DNA of 64,000 nucleotides from Vicinamibacteria bacterium. Its GTDB lineage: Bacteria > Acidobacteriota > Vicinamibacteria > Marinacidobacterales > Marinacidobacteraceae. Of this stretch, positions 39,701-47,671 are shown piece after piece; the first letter of the stretch is position 1; each line of letters starts with the position of its first letter. The notes beneath the pieces are model-generated. The model made no database searches. It was not told the origin of the DNA and saw only the letters and a program-made list of their open reading frames with translations. Position numbers and translations under genes: made by a program. The stretch spans positions 704,001 to 768,000 of the forward strand of contig OZ219815.1 in assembly GCA_964291235.2 (NCBI GenBank), written 5' to 3'.

Positions 39701-39882
39701 CCCGGGCTGCCGATACAGGAAAGCGAGCGCCCGCCGCGGAGCGGGCCGATATTCCGCCACTCCATGGTCCGGAGGTGGGAAGCCTCGAGCCCCAGATCCT
39801 GAGCAAAACCGGCTGCCGGAACAGCCACCGTCGCCAAGCCGACGAGTGCGAGACGCGGCAATACGTGGTGTCGAAGAAACAT
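36754..39882 (-). CDS. Secreted VPS10/BNR (Asp-box) repeat beta-propeller glycosyl-hydrolase-like protein
   Basis: WRNIGPLRGGR, many SxDGGxTW Asp-boxes, GTHGRGFWILDD; ATG at 39882. Confidence 0.9.
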   Translation of the reverse strand: MFLRHHVLPRLALVGLATVAVPAAGFAQDLGLEASHLRTMEWRNIGPLRGGRSLSCIGSPGRRHEYYFGATGGGLWKTVDSGTTWFPVTDGQISSSSIGAVAVAETNPDVVFIGGGETQLRGSITQGDGVYKSSDGGETWRHVGLRETQAVARIRIHPVNPDIVYVAALGHPYGDNEERGVFRSRDGGATWERVLFVSPGAGAADLIIDRTNPNVLYASIWQVYRKAWKMWGGGPDSGLYRSEDGGDTWTELTQNPGMPEGPIGKIGVTVSPANPDRVWAIVEAPEGGVFRSDDAGATWRLTNNERKLRQRAFYYSRIYADPVDVDTVYALNTGFYKSMDGGETFDHVIRPPHGDQHDLWIDPNNPLRMCNSNDGGGNVSVNGGETWTGQAYSTTQLYHVNVTNDFPYHVCGAQQDNTTLCTPSEGWDHMQARGPGSRWYYDAGGGESGYITQHPSNLDVFYAGSQGALLTRYNRANGQIRDIQVYPRFFSGEPASALPDRWQWTFPIIFSPLDENRLYTSSQFLYLTTDDGQSWTKISPDLTYADPETLGETGGVITMDMNGPEIYATIFAVAPSQHDVNTIWAGSDDGRIHVTRDHGANWTEITPADLPKFSRVSIIEESSHQPGTIFVAANRYQVDDREPYVFRTTDYGATWTKIVDGIAPGHFARAVREDPERQGLLFLGTEHGVYASWDAGDHWMSLQQNLPDTPIRDLVVKDADVVLGTHGRGFWILDDIQPLRQFTAESLNATLTLFDPDRAVRGVQDAIIQYHLAEEVDSVVIEIQDANGTLVDRFEGTEPDFEAEPDFSWFRARRSSEPTTGKGLNRFVWNGRYQGAVEFDGMILWSARATSGPKAPPGDYQVSVAAAGVTETTSLTLIADPRLEGVTTADLVEQFELASQIRDRTSEANEAVIQIRDVRTQLEERLEGSSDEGVIADGGRLIEEMTEVEEALYQTRNRSNQDPLNFPIRLNNRLASLRRSVENGDAKPTDGAYAVFEELSGELDQHLGRLGGLLGERLGALNAKITDSGADAVDKDRWKTPE

Positions 39883-40001
39883 CAGACGAACTCCCCTGAG
39901 AGACGAAATCCGAAACCGGGGAGCATACGGCCTACGAAAGGTCCTCCCGGCGCCGTCCATCTACGGTCAACCGCCCACAGGCTGCTAGCATTCCGGCCGC
40001 G

Positions 40002-40265
40002 ATGGCCAACCGTTCCCGACAGACGTTTCTCAAGCGTCGGAAAGAGAAGGAGCGGGTTGCGCGTCAGCGGGCCAAGGAGATGCGGCGCCGGGAGCGCGCC
40101 ATCGAGAAAGAGCGCGGGTCGCCAGCGCCAACGGACGGAGATCGGGATATCGTGGGAATCGTTCCCGGTCCGCAGGAGCCCGTGTGGAAGATGGCGGACG
40201 TCCTGACCGAAGACGAGCGCGCCGAACTCGAGGAAGAGGAAGAAGAGGAAGAGGCGCGAGCCTGA
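40002..40265 (+). CDS. Small charged hypothetical protein
   Basis: Basic N-half (QTFLKRRKEKER), DRDIVGIVPGPQ motif, acidic tail; TG-n-TAGCAT upstream. Confidence 0.75.
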   Translation: MANRSRQTFLKRRKEKERVARQRAKEMRRRERAIEKERGSPAPTDGDRDIVGIVPGPQEPVWKMADVLTEDERAELEEEEEEEEARA

Positions 40266-40348
40266 ATTTCCGGCGCCGCTCCCGGGCGGCAAGCCGCCCG
40301 GGAGCGAGCGTTTCGGTCAGCCGGTTGGCGGCGCTGGCGCGCTCGCGA

Positions 40349-40963
40349 TCAGCCGCGGCGTCCGCGCCGGGAACGCTGGCTCCGGCGGTCGCGCATTTGC
40401 TCAAGCTGCTGGAGCTGTTCTTCGGTCAGGATGCCGGCCATCCGTTCCCGCTCGGTCCTGCGCTGCAACGCCAGTTCGGCCTGTGCCCGGCCGAGCGCCT
40501 CTCCCAGCGCCTGGACCTCCTCGGCGGTGCGTTCCGGATCGCGCGCAGCGCGCTGAAAGGAGCGCCGCGCGTCGGCGACCTGCCGCCGGCCGTCTCGCCG
40601 GTTGTCGGCGATTTCGCGCATCGCCTCCCGCATCTGATCCCGCTGTTCCTCGGTGAGGTCCAGCCTCTCGGCCATCTGCCGCCCGAACCGGCGAGCCACA
40701 GAACCGGAGCGAGAACCGGAGCGACCCTCGCGCCGCATCCCGCGCGTCGTGCGCCGCTCCTGGACCGCCGACCGCCGGCCATCCCGCTGTGATGCCGACT
40801 CCTCGCCAGGCTCCACGGCGGAAACGCCGGCGACCCTCGCAGCGGGCTCCGGATGGCCTTCCGCCGCTGCCGCTCCGGCGAGGATCAGGCCGAGCGGTAC
40901 CGCCGCCAGCAAGGTCGGGACAAGACGCAACCGCAACGGCGCAAGATTCTGTTTTTTCTTCAT
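40349..40963 (-). CDS. Spy/CpxP/ZraP-like periplasmic LTXXQ protein
   Basis: Signal peptide, LDLTEEQR and ILTEEQL motifs; AAAGGA RBS. Confidence 0.85.
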   Translation of the reverse strand: MKKKQNLAPLRLRLVPTLLAAVPLGLILAGAAAAEGHPEPAARVAGVSAVEPGEESASQRDGRRSAVQERRTTRGMRREGRSGSRSGSVARRFGRQMAERLDLTEEQRDQMREAMREIADNRRDGRRQVADARRSFQRAARDPERTAEEVQALGEALGRAQAELALQRRTERERMAGILTEEQLQQLEQMRDRRSQRSRRGRRG

Positions 40964-41011
40964 CGGAGTTGGTCCTTTCGGCGCCTCCAGGCGCGCAGTA
41001 CCCCACCGAAA

Positions 41012-41028
41012 TGCAACCCATATGCCAA
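41012..41028 (-). promoter_or_regulatory. Putative sigma-54 promoter of the Spy/CpxP-like gene
   Basis: Minus strand TTGGCATATGGGTTGCA (GG-N10-GC). Confidence 0.65.
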
Positions 41029-41072
41029 GTGGAGCCGGTGATAAAGTTGGCCGGTTCCAACGAAATTCGGTT

Positions 41073-41149
41073 GGCGGGGTAGCTCAGTCCGGTCAGAGCG
41101 AAGGACTCATAACCCTTAGGTCGGCGGTTCAAGTCCGCCCCCCGCTACC
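41073..41149 (+). tRNA. tRNA-Met (CAT), elongator type
   Basis: GGCGGGG/CCCCGCT acceptor stem, TAGCTCAG D-arm, CTCATAA anticodon loop, GGCGG-TTCAAGT-CCGCC T-arm; 3' end reads ACCG so CCA is not fully encoded. Confidence 0.92.
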
Positions 41150-41191
41150 GACAGTAGTTTCCGCGCTGGAGAGCCGCTTGCTGGAGAAGTC

Positions 41192-41521
41192 ATGGACATG
41201 AAGAAAACGTTCAAGATCAAGGCTCGGCGCGACGTCCAGTGTCCCGAGGTGTATGCGAATTTCTGCGAGGCAACCCATTCGCCTTTCGATCTGACGATCA
41301 CCTTCTGCAGCCTCACCGGGATTCAGCCGGAAGATCTCTCGCACACGGATTCATCCGGGGAGCCGGTCGTCCACGCGGACCCCAAGACCCGGGTCACGCT
41401 TCCCTTCCGCATCGTCCCCGCCCTCATCAAGATGCTGGAGACGCAGTTGAGCGCGGTGGAACAGGCCGAGAACGAGGGTGCCCCGCGCTCCCGGGGAACC
41501 GACTCCTCCACGGTGCACTGA
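41192..41521 (+). CDS. DUF3467-family protein
   Basis: EVYANFCEATHSPFDLTITF...RVTLP..VPALIKML pattern. Confidence 0.7.
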   Translation: MDMKKTFKIKARRDVQCPEVYANFCEATHSPFDLTITFCSLTGIQPEDLSHTDSSGEPVVHADPKTRVTLPFRIVPALIKMLETQLSAVEQAENEGAPRSRGTDSSTVH

Positions 41522-41572
41522 CCGCACCGAGACCCCGTGATCTACTCCCGATAGCGCTGACCGATTCCCAAG

Positions 41573-42028
41573 ATGCCGACCCCCGCTCGCCGCCGCCTGC
41601 GCCCGGAGCCGCCGAGGCCCCGGCGCACCGAACGCGACGGAGCCCTGGACCGGATCCAGGAGGCGCGCGCTTCGGTCGCCAGAAAGTCACTCTGGCTGAA
41701 GCGGGGAAGCGTGGCGGTGGTGGCGGGCGCCATCGGCGTCGGCGCCTTGCAGGGGTGGCTGCTGCTGCGGTTGGCGGCGCTGCCCATCGCGCTCTGGGTC
41801 TGGTGGATGGACGCCTCCCTGACGCGCACCGACGAGCGGCTCGAACGCTGCTACGACGACGTGTTCCAGGGAACCAGCGAACCGCCCCTGATGGGAGAGG
41901 AGCTGGCGGTCGCGGCCCGGTTGACGGATCCGCCCGGTTCCCTCAGGCGGGCCCTGATTTCAGGCCCCGGCGTCAGCCTCCACTGGATGATGACCGGAGT
42001 CGCCGCCCTCTTCAACATCCTCGCCTGA
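41573..42028 (+). CDS. Small membrane protein (about 3 TM)
   Basis: Hydrophobic segments; IQ...SLWLK..SV and WWMDA.......YDDV pattern. Confidence 0.65.
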   Translation: MPTPARRRLRPEPPRPRRTERDGALDRIQEARASVARKSLWLKRGSVAVVAGAIGVGALQGWLLLRLAALPIALWVWWMDASLTRTDERLERCYDDVFQGTSEPPLMGEELAVAARLTDPPGSLRRALISGPGVSLHWMMTGVAALFNILA

Positions 42029-42298
42029 GGCCGCGTCCCCGGACCCCGGGACGGGGATCGGGATTCGTTCCTCCATCAACATGATCGGGATTCCGTTCCG
42101 AACGGGGTACAGGAACTTCCCGTCTTCCCGTAGCAGACCACCGTGCAGGGTCTCGGCTTTCGGGCCCCCGGCCGGCGCTTCGAAACTCCCCTCGCGAATC
42201 GCTCGGTTCACGGATTCCACGAGGGTCGCCGGCGCTTCCCGCACCGGCTGCCGGGTCTCCGGGCAGCAGAGGATTTCCAGGAGTTCAGGATGGATCAT
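41960..42298 (-). CDS. Trm112/UPF0434 family protein
   Basis: MIHPELLEILCCPET...LYPVRNGIPIML; 3' end overlaps the convergent gene. Confidence 0.85.
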   Translation of the reverse strand: MIHPELLEILCCPETRQPVREAPATLVESVNRAIREGSFEAPAGGPKAETLHGGLLREDGKFLYPVRNGIPIMLMEERIPIPVPGSGDAASGEDVEEGGDSGHHPVEADAGA

Positions 42299-42410
42299 GG
42301 GTCCAGAGTATCGGGGGATGCCACACAAACCCCGCCGCCCGGCGCACGCCGTTGGTGGGGCAAGAGGGAACGGGGGGCTCGCAGCGGCCCCGAACGGGAA
42401 CCGCTCGACC

Positions 42411-42498
42411 TGGTGCCGGAGGAGGGACTCGAACCCTCATGATCCAGAGGACCGCGGGATTTTGAGTCCCGTGCGTCTGCCAATTCCGCCACTCCGGC
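42411..42498 (-). tRNA. tRNA-Leu (CAA)
   Basis: GCCGGAG acceptor, CGGGA-CTCAAAA-TCCCG anticodon arm, long variable arm, GAGGG-TTCGAGT-CCCTC T-arm, encoded CCA. Confidence 0.96.
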
Positions 42499-42691
42499 AC
42501 GTCCCGAAGCCGCCGCCGGACGGGCGCTCGGCAAAACAGTGTACCGCGGCAAGCGGCCGGGCGGACTCCGCCCGAACGCGAGACGCCCGGTGCCAAAGTC
42601 CAAGAGTGCCAGCGGTCAGAGCGTTTCCCAGTGTGGTATCATCAACGGTTCGCTTATCAAGTGCTTCACCGGGAGGCGTCGTTGAGTGTTG

Positions 42692-43330
42692 ATGCGGTTT
42701 GAAGTGGGAGACAAGGTCATCTATCCCAACCAGGGGATCAGTGTGGTCGAGAGCATCGAATCCACCAACGGGGTGTCCGGTCCCAACTTTTATCGGTTGC
42801 GGCTGCTGTCGAAGTCCACCCTGGTGATGGTGCCGATTGACAAGGTTGATGAAGTCGGGCTGCGGCCGATCATGACCGAGAGCGACGTCGAGGAAGTTCT
42901 TGACGTGCTCGAAAACGGCGTGGTGGATGAGCAGATCAACTGGAAGACCCGCTACAAGGACAACTCCGACCGCATGAAGAGCGGTTCGCCCGTAGAGGTT
43001 GCGGGCGTCCTGAAGGGTCTCTTCTACCTGAGCGAGCGCAAGACCCTTTCGTTCCGCGAGAAACGCATGCTCGACCGGGCGCATCAGTTGACCGTGACCG
43101 AAGTGGCGGAAGTCGCCGAAGAGACCCTCGAGGCGGTGGAGCGCAAGGTTGTCGAAGCGCTCCGGCGCAGCCGCAACGGAGACGGACTCGAAACCGGAGA
43201 AACGGAAAACGAAGGAAGCGCCGGAGCGGCTACCAGCGTGGTGCCCCTCAAGCCACCCAAGCGCCGGAGAGTTGCCAAGGGCACCGACAGCGGGCGGCGT
43301 CCCGTTTCCATTTCGATCAATCGGTACTGA
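42692..43330 (+). CDS. carD: CarD-family transcription factor
   Basis: FEVGDKVIYPNQG, VGLRPI, NWKTRY, LSFREKRMLDRA. Confidence 0.9.
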   Translation: MRFEVGDKVIYPNQGISVVESIESTNGVSGPNFYRLRLLSKSTLVMVPIDKVDEVGLRPIMTESDVEEVLDVLENGVVDEQINWKTRYKDNSDRMKSGSPVEVAGVLKGLFYLSERKTLSFREKRMLDRAHQLTVTEVAEVAEETLEAVERKVVEALRRSRNGDGLETGETENEGSAGAATSVVPLKPPKRRRVAKGTDSGRRPVSISINRY

Positions 43331-43378
43331 CTCCCGCCGCGACCCACGTCGCGGGCATCTGTCGGCAATCCCAGTCTG

Positions 43379-44173
43379 GTGAGCGTTCCGCCGCAAGCCG
43401 CCGCGCGCCCGCGGGCCGGGCGGCTCCGAACCGCACGCGCCGTGGTGGGAACGGTGGGGATAGCGCTCGCCCTGCCGCTCCTCCTCCTCGCCGGGTTGAT
43501 GCTGATGCCGCTCGGAGACCTGTTCAGCGGCCGCCACCGCCTCGGGTACGAGATCGGGCGCCAGATCGTCGCGGTGCTCTGGTTCATCGCCGGAATCCGG
43601 ATGCACGAAGTGGACAGGCGGCGGGTCAAGCCGTTCCGGCCTCGCGTTTACATGCCCAACCACCAGTCGCTCACCGACATGCCGCAGGTGCTCTACCTGC
43701 TACCCAAGGCGAACGGCACGCTGATCAAGAAAGAAGCGTTCCGCGTTCCGCTCGTGGGCTGGGCGTTTCGCGCCGCGGGGTTTACACCCGTGGATCGTTC
43801 GAGCCCGATGGCGGCCCGGCAGAGTATCGAGGCGGCCGTCACCGCGCTGCGCGACGGCCAGTCGTTCGTGATCGCACCCGAGGGAACCCGCAGTCGCACC
43901 GGAAAACTCGGCCCGTTCAAGTCGGGGGGATTCCGGCTCGCCGTTCGGGCGGGCGTTCCGATCGTGCCCATCACGGTCACCGGGGCAAGAGACATCCTCC
44001 CGAAGGGCGGAAAACTGATCTATCCGGGAACCATCCGGATCCAGTTTCACGACCCCGTGGAAACCGGGGAGACGGATGTCCGGGACCGCCAGCAGATCGC
44101 CGCGCTGATGGAGCGGGTCCGAACCGCGATTCAGAGCGGCCTGGACGAGGCGAAACCAGCGGACGGCGGCTGA
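43379..44173 (+). CDS. plsC: 1-acyl-sn-glycerol-3-phosphate acyltransferase
   Basis: NHQSLTD (HX4D), PVDR, PEGTRS, PFKSG, VPIVP. Confidence 0.88.
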   Translation: MSVPPQAAARPRAGRLRTARAVVGTVGIALALPLLLLAGLMLMPLGDLFSGRHRLGYEIGRQIVAVLWFIAGIRMHEVDRRRVKPFRPRVYMPNHQSLTDMPQVLYLLPKANGTLIKKEAFRVPLVGWAFRAAGFTPVDRSSPMAARQSIEAAVTALRDGQSFVIAPEGTRSRTGKLGPFKSGGFRLAVRAGVPIVPITVTGARDILPKGGKLIYPGTIRIQFHDPVETGETDVRDRQQIAALMERVRTAIQSGLDEAKPADGG

Positions 44174-44221
44174 TTTGACGGAAGACCGACGACAGTCAAA
44201 CGCGGCACCGGGAGACCGGAC

Positions 44222-44248
44222 TCCAGGTCCGGACCTGGAAACTACAAT
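44222..44248 (+). promoter_or_regulatory. 18-bp perfect palindrome plus TACAAT -10 box upstream of pckA
   Basis: TCCAGGTCC|GGACCTGGA (44222-44239) followed by TACAAT (44243-44248). Confidence 0.5.
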
Positions 44249-44407
44249 CAACCCCTCCCGACTCCTGACCGAGTCATTTCCCGGAGATCCCCGGTGCCGT
44301 AATGGGTGCGCGACGCCCGGAGCACGCCGGCTGGCCGTGCGCGGTCTCAAACCGGCAGCACTTTCACCGCACGCCGTCGCTCCCTCTCTTCGTCGGTACT
44401 CCCCGCC

Positions 44408-46036
44408 TTGACCCACCTAGCAACGGAACACCTCGGTTTCGCCCAGAGTCGCCATGACCTGCGGCTGGCCGGGATTCGCTACCCCCGCCGCGTTTTCTGG
44501 AACCTCTCGAGCGCCGCCCTGGCCCAGGAAGCCGTCTTCCGCGGCGAAGCGACCCTCGCGCACGGCGGACCGATCGTGGTCCGCACCGGAGAGTTCACCG
44601 GCCGGTCTCCCTCCGACAAATACGTGGTGGGGGGGCCGAAGACCAATGACAACGTTTGGTGGGGCCCGCACAACCAGCCGTTCGCCGCATCGAGCTACGC
44701 ACAACTGCGGTGGCGGATGACCGCCTACCTTCAAGGGCGCGACCTGTTCGTGCAGGACTGTTTCGTGGGCGCGCACCCGCGCTACCGCATGCCCCTCAGG
44801 GTCATTACCACCGAAGCGTGGCAGAGCCTGTTCGCCCGCAACATGTTCGTGCGGACCAGGAGCCGCGACACCCTGGGGGAGCACCTCCCCGAGTACACGG
44901 TCATCGCGGCGCCCCGGTTCCGCGCCGCCCCGGACCAGGACAACACCCGCTCCGAGGTCTTCGTCATCGTCAACTTCGAGCGCAAGGAAATCCTGATCGG
45001 CGGCACCGCCTACGCGGGCGAGATCAAGAAGTCGGTGTTCTCGGTCATGAACTGGCTCATGCCGGAACGCGACGTCCTGCCCATGCACTGCGCGGCGAAC
45101 TGCGACGCGGACGGCAACAACCTCGCCATCTTCTTCGGCCTTTCGGGAACCGGGAAAACGACGCTTTCCGCGGACCCCGGGAGAACGCTGATCGGTGACG
45201 ACGAGCACGGCTGGGGGACCGACGGCGTCTTCAACTTCGAGGGTGGTTGCTACGCCAAGGTGATCCGGCTTTCCCGAACCGGGGAGCCCGAGATTCATGC
45301 CACCACCCGAAAGTTCGGGACCATCCTCGAGAACGTGGTGGTGCACGAGGACACGCGCCGGCTGGACCTCGACAGTGCCCAGTTCACCGAGAACACCCGC
45401 GCCTCCTACCCGGTGACCCACATTCCGAGCGCGTCCAGGACAGGCGCCGGCGGACCACCCGAAGTCGTGCTGATGTTGACCGCCGACGCTTTCGGGGTGC
45501 TGCCGCCGATCTCGCGGCTGACGCCGGATCAGGCGATGTATCACTTCCTTTCCGGCTACACCGCCAAGGTCGCCGGTACCGAGCGGGGTATCACCGAACC
45601 GCAGGCGACGTTCAGCGCCTGCTTCGGAGCACCCTTCATGACTCGGAAACCCGAGGCGTACGCGCGCCTGCTCGGCCGCCGCATCCAGGAGCACGAGGTG
45701 CGGTGCTATCTCGTGAACACCGGTTGGGCCGGCGGACCGTGCGGGGTCGCCGACCGCATGCCGCTTGGCCTCACCCGTGCACTGGTGCGGGCCGCGCTGA
45801 GTGGGGAAATCGAGCGGGCCGGGTTTGACTCGGAGCCGGTCTTCGGCCTCGACATACCGCGGGAATGCCCCGGCGTGCCATCGCGGATGCTCGACGCGCG
45901 CCGGACCTGGGATGACCCCGCCGCCTACGATCGCCAGGCGCGCCAGCTCTCGGCCATGTTCGAAGAAAACGCCACACGCCTCGGGATTACGGCGGCGACG
46001 GTAACCAGCGAGACCCCACTTGTCCCGACCGGATGA
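44408..46036 (+). CDS. pckA: Phosphoenolpyruvate carboxykinase (ATP)
   Basis: TGRSPSDK, YAGEIKKS, FFGLSGTGKTTLS, LIGDDEHGW, FNFEGGCYAK; start approximate. Confidence 0.96.
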   Translation: MTHLATEHLGFAQSRHDLRLAGIRYPRRVFWNLSSAALAQEAVFRGEATLAHGGPIVVRTGEFTGRSPSDKYVVGGPKTNDNVWWGPHNQPFAASSYAQLRWRMTAYLQGRDLFVQDCFVGAHPRYRMPLRVITTEAWQSLFARNMFVRTRSRDTLGEHLPEYTVIAAPRFRAAPDQDNTRSEVFVIVNFERKEILIGGTAYAGEIKKSVFSVMNWLMPERDVLPMHCAANCDADGNNLAIFFGLSGTGKTTLSADPGRTLIGDDEHGWGTDGVFNFEGGCYAKVIRLSRTGEPEIHATTRKFGTILENVVVHEDTRRLDLDSAQFTENTRASYPVTHIPSASRTGAGGPPEVVLMLTADAFGVLPPISRLTPDQAMYHFLSGYTAKVAGTERGITEPQATFSACFGAPFMTRKPEAYARLLGRRIQEHEVRCYLVNTGWAGGPCGVADRMPLGLTRALVRAALSGEIERAGFDSEPVFGLDIPRECPGVPSRMLDARRTWDDPAAYDRQARQLSAMFEENATRLGITAATVTSETPLVPTG

Positions 46037-46779
46037 GCGGCTCCGAGCGAATTCTGGTCCTCCTCCGCCACGGGGAAAGCGTCTGGAATCTGGAAAACCG
46101 GTTCACCGGCTGGACGGACGTAGCGCTCACCAAAACCGGACGCGAACAGGCGCGGCGGGCCGGGGAGGAGCTGCGAAATGCGGGCATTGTCCCCACCGTC
46201 GCCCACACCTCCGTCCTGAAGCGCGCCGTCCACACGCTCGAGGAAGTTCTGGAGCGCCTTGAACTCCCCGACCTCCCGACCCGCTACGCCTGGGAGTTGA
46301 ACGAACGGCACTACGGGACGCTCCAGGGGAAGAACAAGGCGGAAACGGAGCGCGAGTTCGGCGCTGACCAGACGCTGGCCTGGCGGCGGAGCTTCCGCGA
46401 CCCGCCGCCGCTGGTGGAGCGCGACGACCCGCGGCATCCCCGCTTCGATCCGCGCTACGCGGCGGTGCCCGAAGAGCGGCTACCGCGCGGCGAGTCCCTT
46501 CTGGACACCGGCCGCCGGGTGATCCCCTACTGGGAACAGCAGATCCTTCCGGATCTCGCCGCGGGTCCGGTGCTCGTGGTCGCCCACGGAAACAGCCTGC
46601 GCTCGCTGGTCATGCATCTCGAAGGGGTCGGGCCCGCGGAGATCCAGCAGCGGAACATTCCGACCGGGATACCCCTCGTGTATCGGCTCGACGAGAAGCT
46701 CGCGGTGCTCGGCCAGCGCTACCTCGCCGGGGAAGCGGAGCTCGCCGACGGAATCGCCAAGGCAATCCAGCGTCCCTAG
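46033..46779 (+). CDS. gpmA: 2,3-bisphosphoglycerate-dependent phosphoglycerate mutase
   Basis: LLRHGESVWNLENRFTGWTDV, LNERHYG, AHGNSLR, NIPTGIP. Confidence 0.96.
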   Translation: MSGSERILVLLRHGESVWNLENRFTGWTDVALTKTGREQARRAGEELRNAGIVPTVAHTSVLKRAVHTLEEVLERLELPDLPTRYAWELNERHYGTLQGKNKAETEREFGADQTLAWRRSFRDPPPLVERDDPRHPRFDPRYAAVPEERLPRGESLLDTGRRVIPYWEQQILPDLAAGPVLVVAHGNSLRSLVMHLEGVGPAEIQQRNIPTGIPLVYRLDEKLAVLGQRYLAGEAELADGIAKAIQRP

Positions 46780-47670
46780 GAGCGCCGGCTGCGTGGCTCC
46801 CACGCGTTGGGGGTCTTCGCCGTCACTGATTGGGTCCGGGACGCCAGGGCGGATCAGGCCTGGGAGTTTCGCGGCCTACGGCCGCGATGCCGGCCAGAGG
46901 CCGGCGCTCCTGGGGAGCGAAACGCGCATCGCGCCTCAGCCCGACGGCGCAAAGGCCAGGGGCGTCACGTCGACATAGAGTCGGAGCGCCGGCCTCCGGC
47001 CGGCATCGCTCCCCCCAGGGGAGCGAAACCGCACGGCGCTGCTCAGCCGCACGGCGCAAGGGCACACGGACGTTACGTCGTCCCCGCTTAGCTGGCCGCT
47101 GTGCGGCTGATGAAATTCGGGAGTTTCGCGGCCAGCGGCCGCGATGCCGGCCGGAGGCCGGCGCTCCTTGCACGTTGGGGGTCTCCGCCGTCATCGATTA
47201 GGTCCGGGACGCCAGGGCAGACTAGGTCTGGGAGTTTCGCCTCGCTTCGCTCGGCGATGCCGGCCGGAGGCCGGCGCTCCTGGTCTGGAGGCCCCCACCG
47301 GGAGAACTGGCCGGCGTTCCCTTGCCTGCGTGACCGGGGGGAAAGTGTGAAAGGGGGGCACCCCCCCTTTCACAAAAAGAAGGCGCTGAAGGATCGGAAC
47401 TCGCCGCAGCGCGCCCCCGGCGCGCAAGGGAGTTTCGATCCCGGCACGAAGTGCCGGGCGGCCCCGGAGGGGGCCTTTCCCGGTGTCTCCGCGACTCTCC
47501 CTCAACACATCCAGACCGCGGCCCCCTCCGGGGCCGCTCAGTGCGATGCCGGCCGGAGGCCGGCGCTCCTATGTCGCGCGCCGTGGGGCGGGAGGGGGGG
47601 CGCGTAAATCCCCCGCCCCCCAGGGACACGAGAAAACGAGCGCTCCGCGCTCCCCTCCCGGCCCGCTCGG
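46780..47670. repeat. Intergenic mosaic of REP-like elements and palindromes
   Basis: Core GCGATGCCGGCCGGAGGCCGGCGCTCC at 46884, 47141, 47254, 47543 and inverted at 46983; roughly 108-bp imperfect direct repeat 46805-46912 / 47173-47282. Confidence 0.88.
47336..47371. repeat. Potential intrastrand triplex motif
   Basis: GGGGGGAAAG-TGT-GAAAGGGGGG-CAC-CCCCCCTTTC: perfect mirror repeat plus perfect inverted repeat. Confidence 0.7.
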
Positions 47671-47671
47671 C

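Noticed and set aside
37183-40206. 1007-aa plus-strand ORF
   Set aside because: Antisense shadow of the VPS10/BNR gene; long shadow ORFs are expected with high GC3, and the translation has no motifs.
41073-41149. Initiator tRNA-fMet
   Set aside because: G1-U72 pair rather than a C1:A72 mismatch, and no three consecutive G-C pairs in the anticodon stem. tRNA-Ile2 is less likely but not fully excluded.
42411-42498. tRNA-Sec (long variable arm)
   Set aside because: Anticodon is CAA and the acceptor stem is 7 bp, so it is tRNA-Leu.
41073-42498. Integrated element at the tRNAs
   Set aside because: No integrase and no duplicated tRNA 3' end seen in the window.
44174-44407. SRP RNA, 6S RNA or a known riboswitch
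   Set aside because: CAGGTCCGGA is not followed by the SRP AGGAAGCAGC motif, and I could not match 6S or riboswitch consensus elements. Kept only as an unassigned structured region.
47585-47621. Third triplex motif
   Set aside because: G-rich and C-rich tracts are present but the mirror symmetry is imperfect; an ordinary hairpin explains it.
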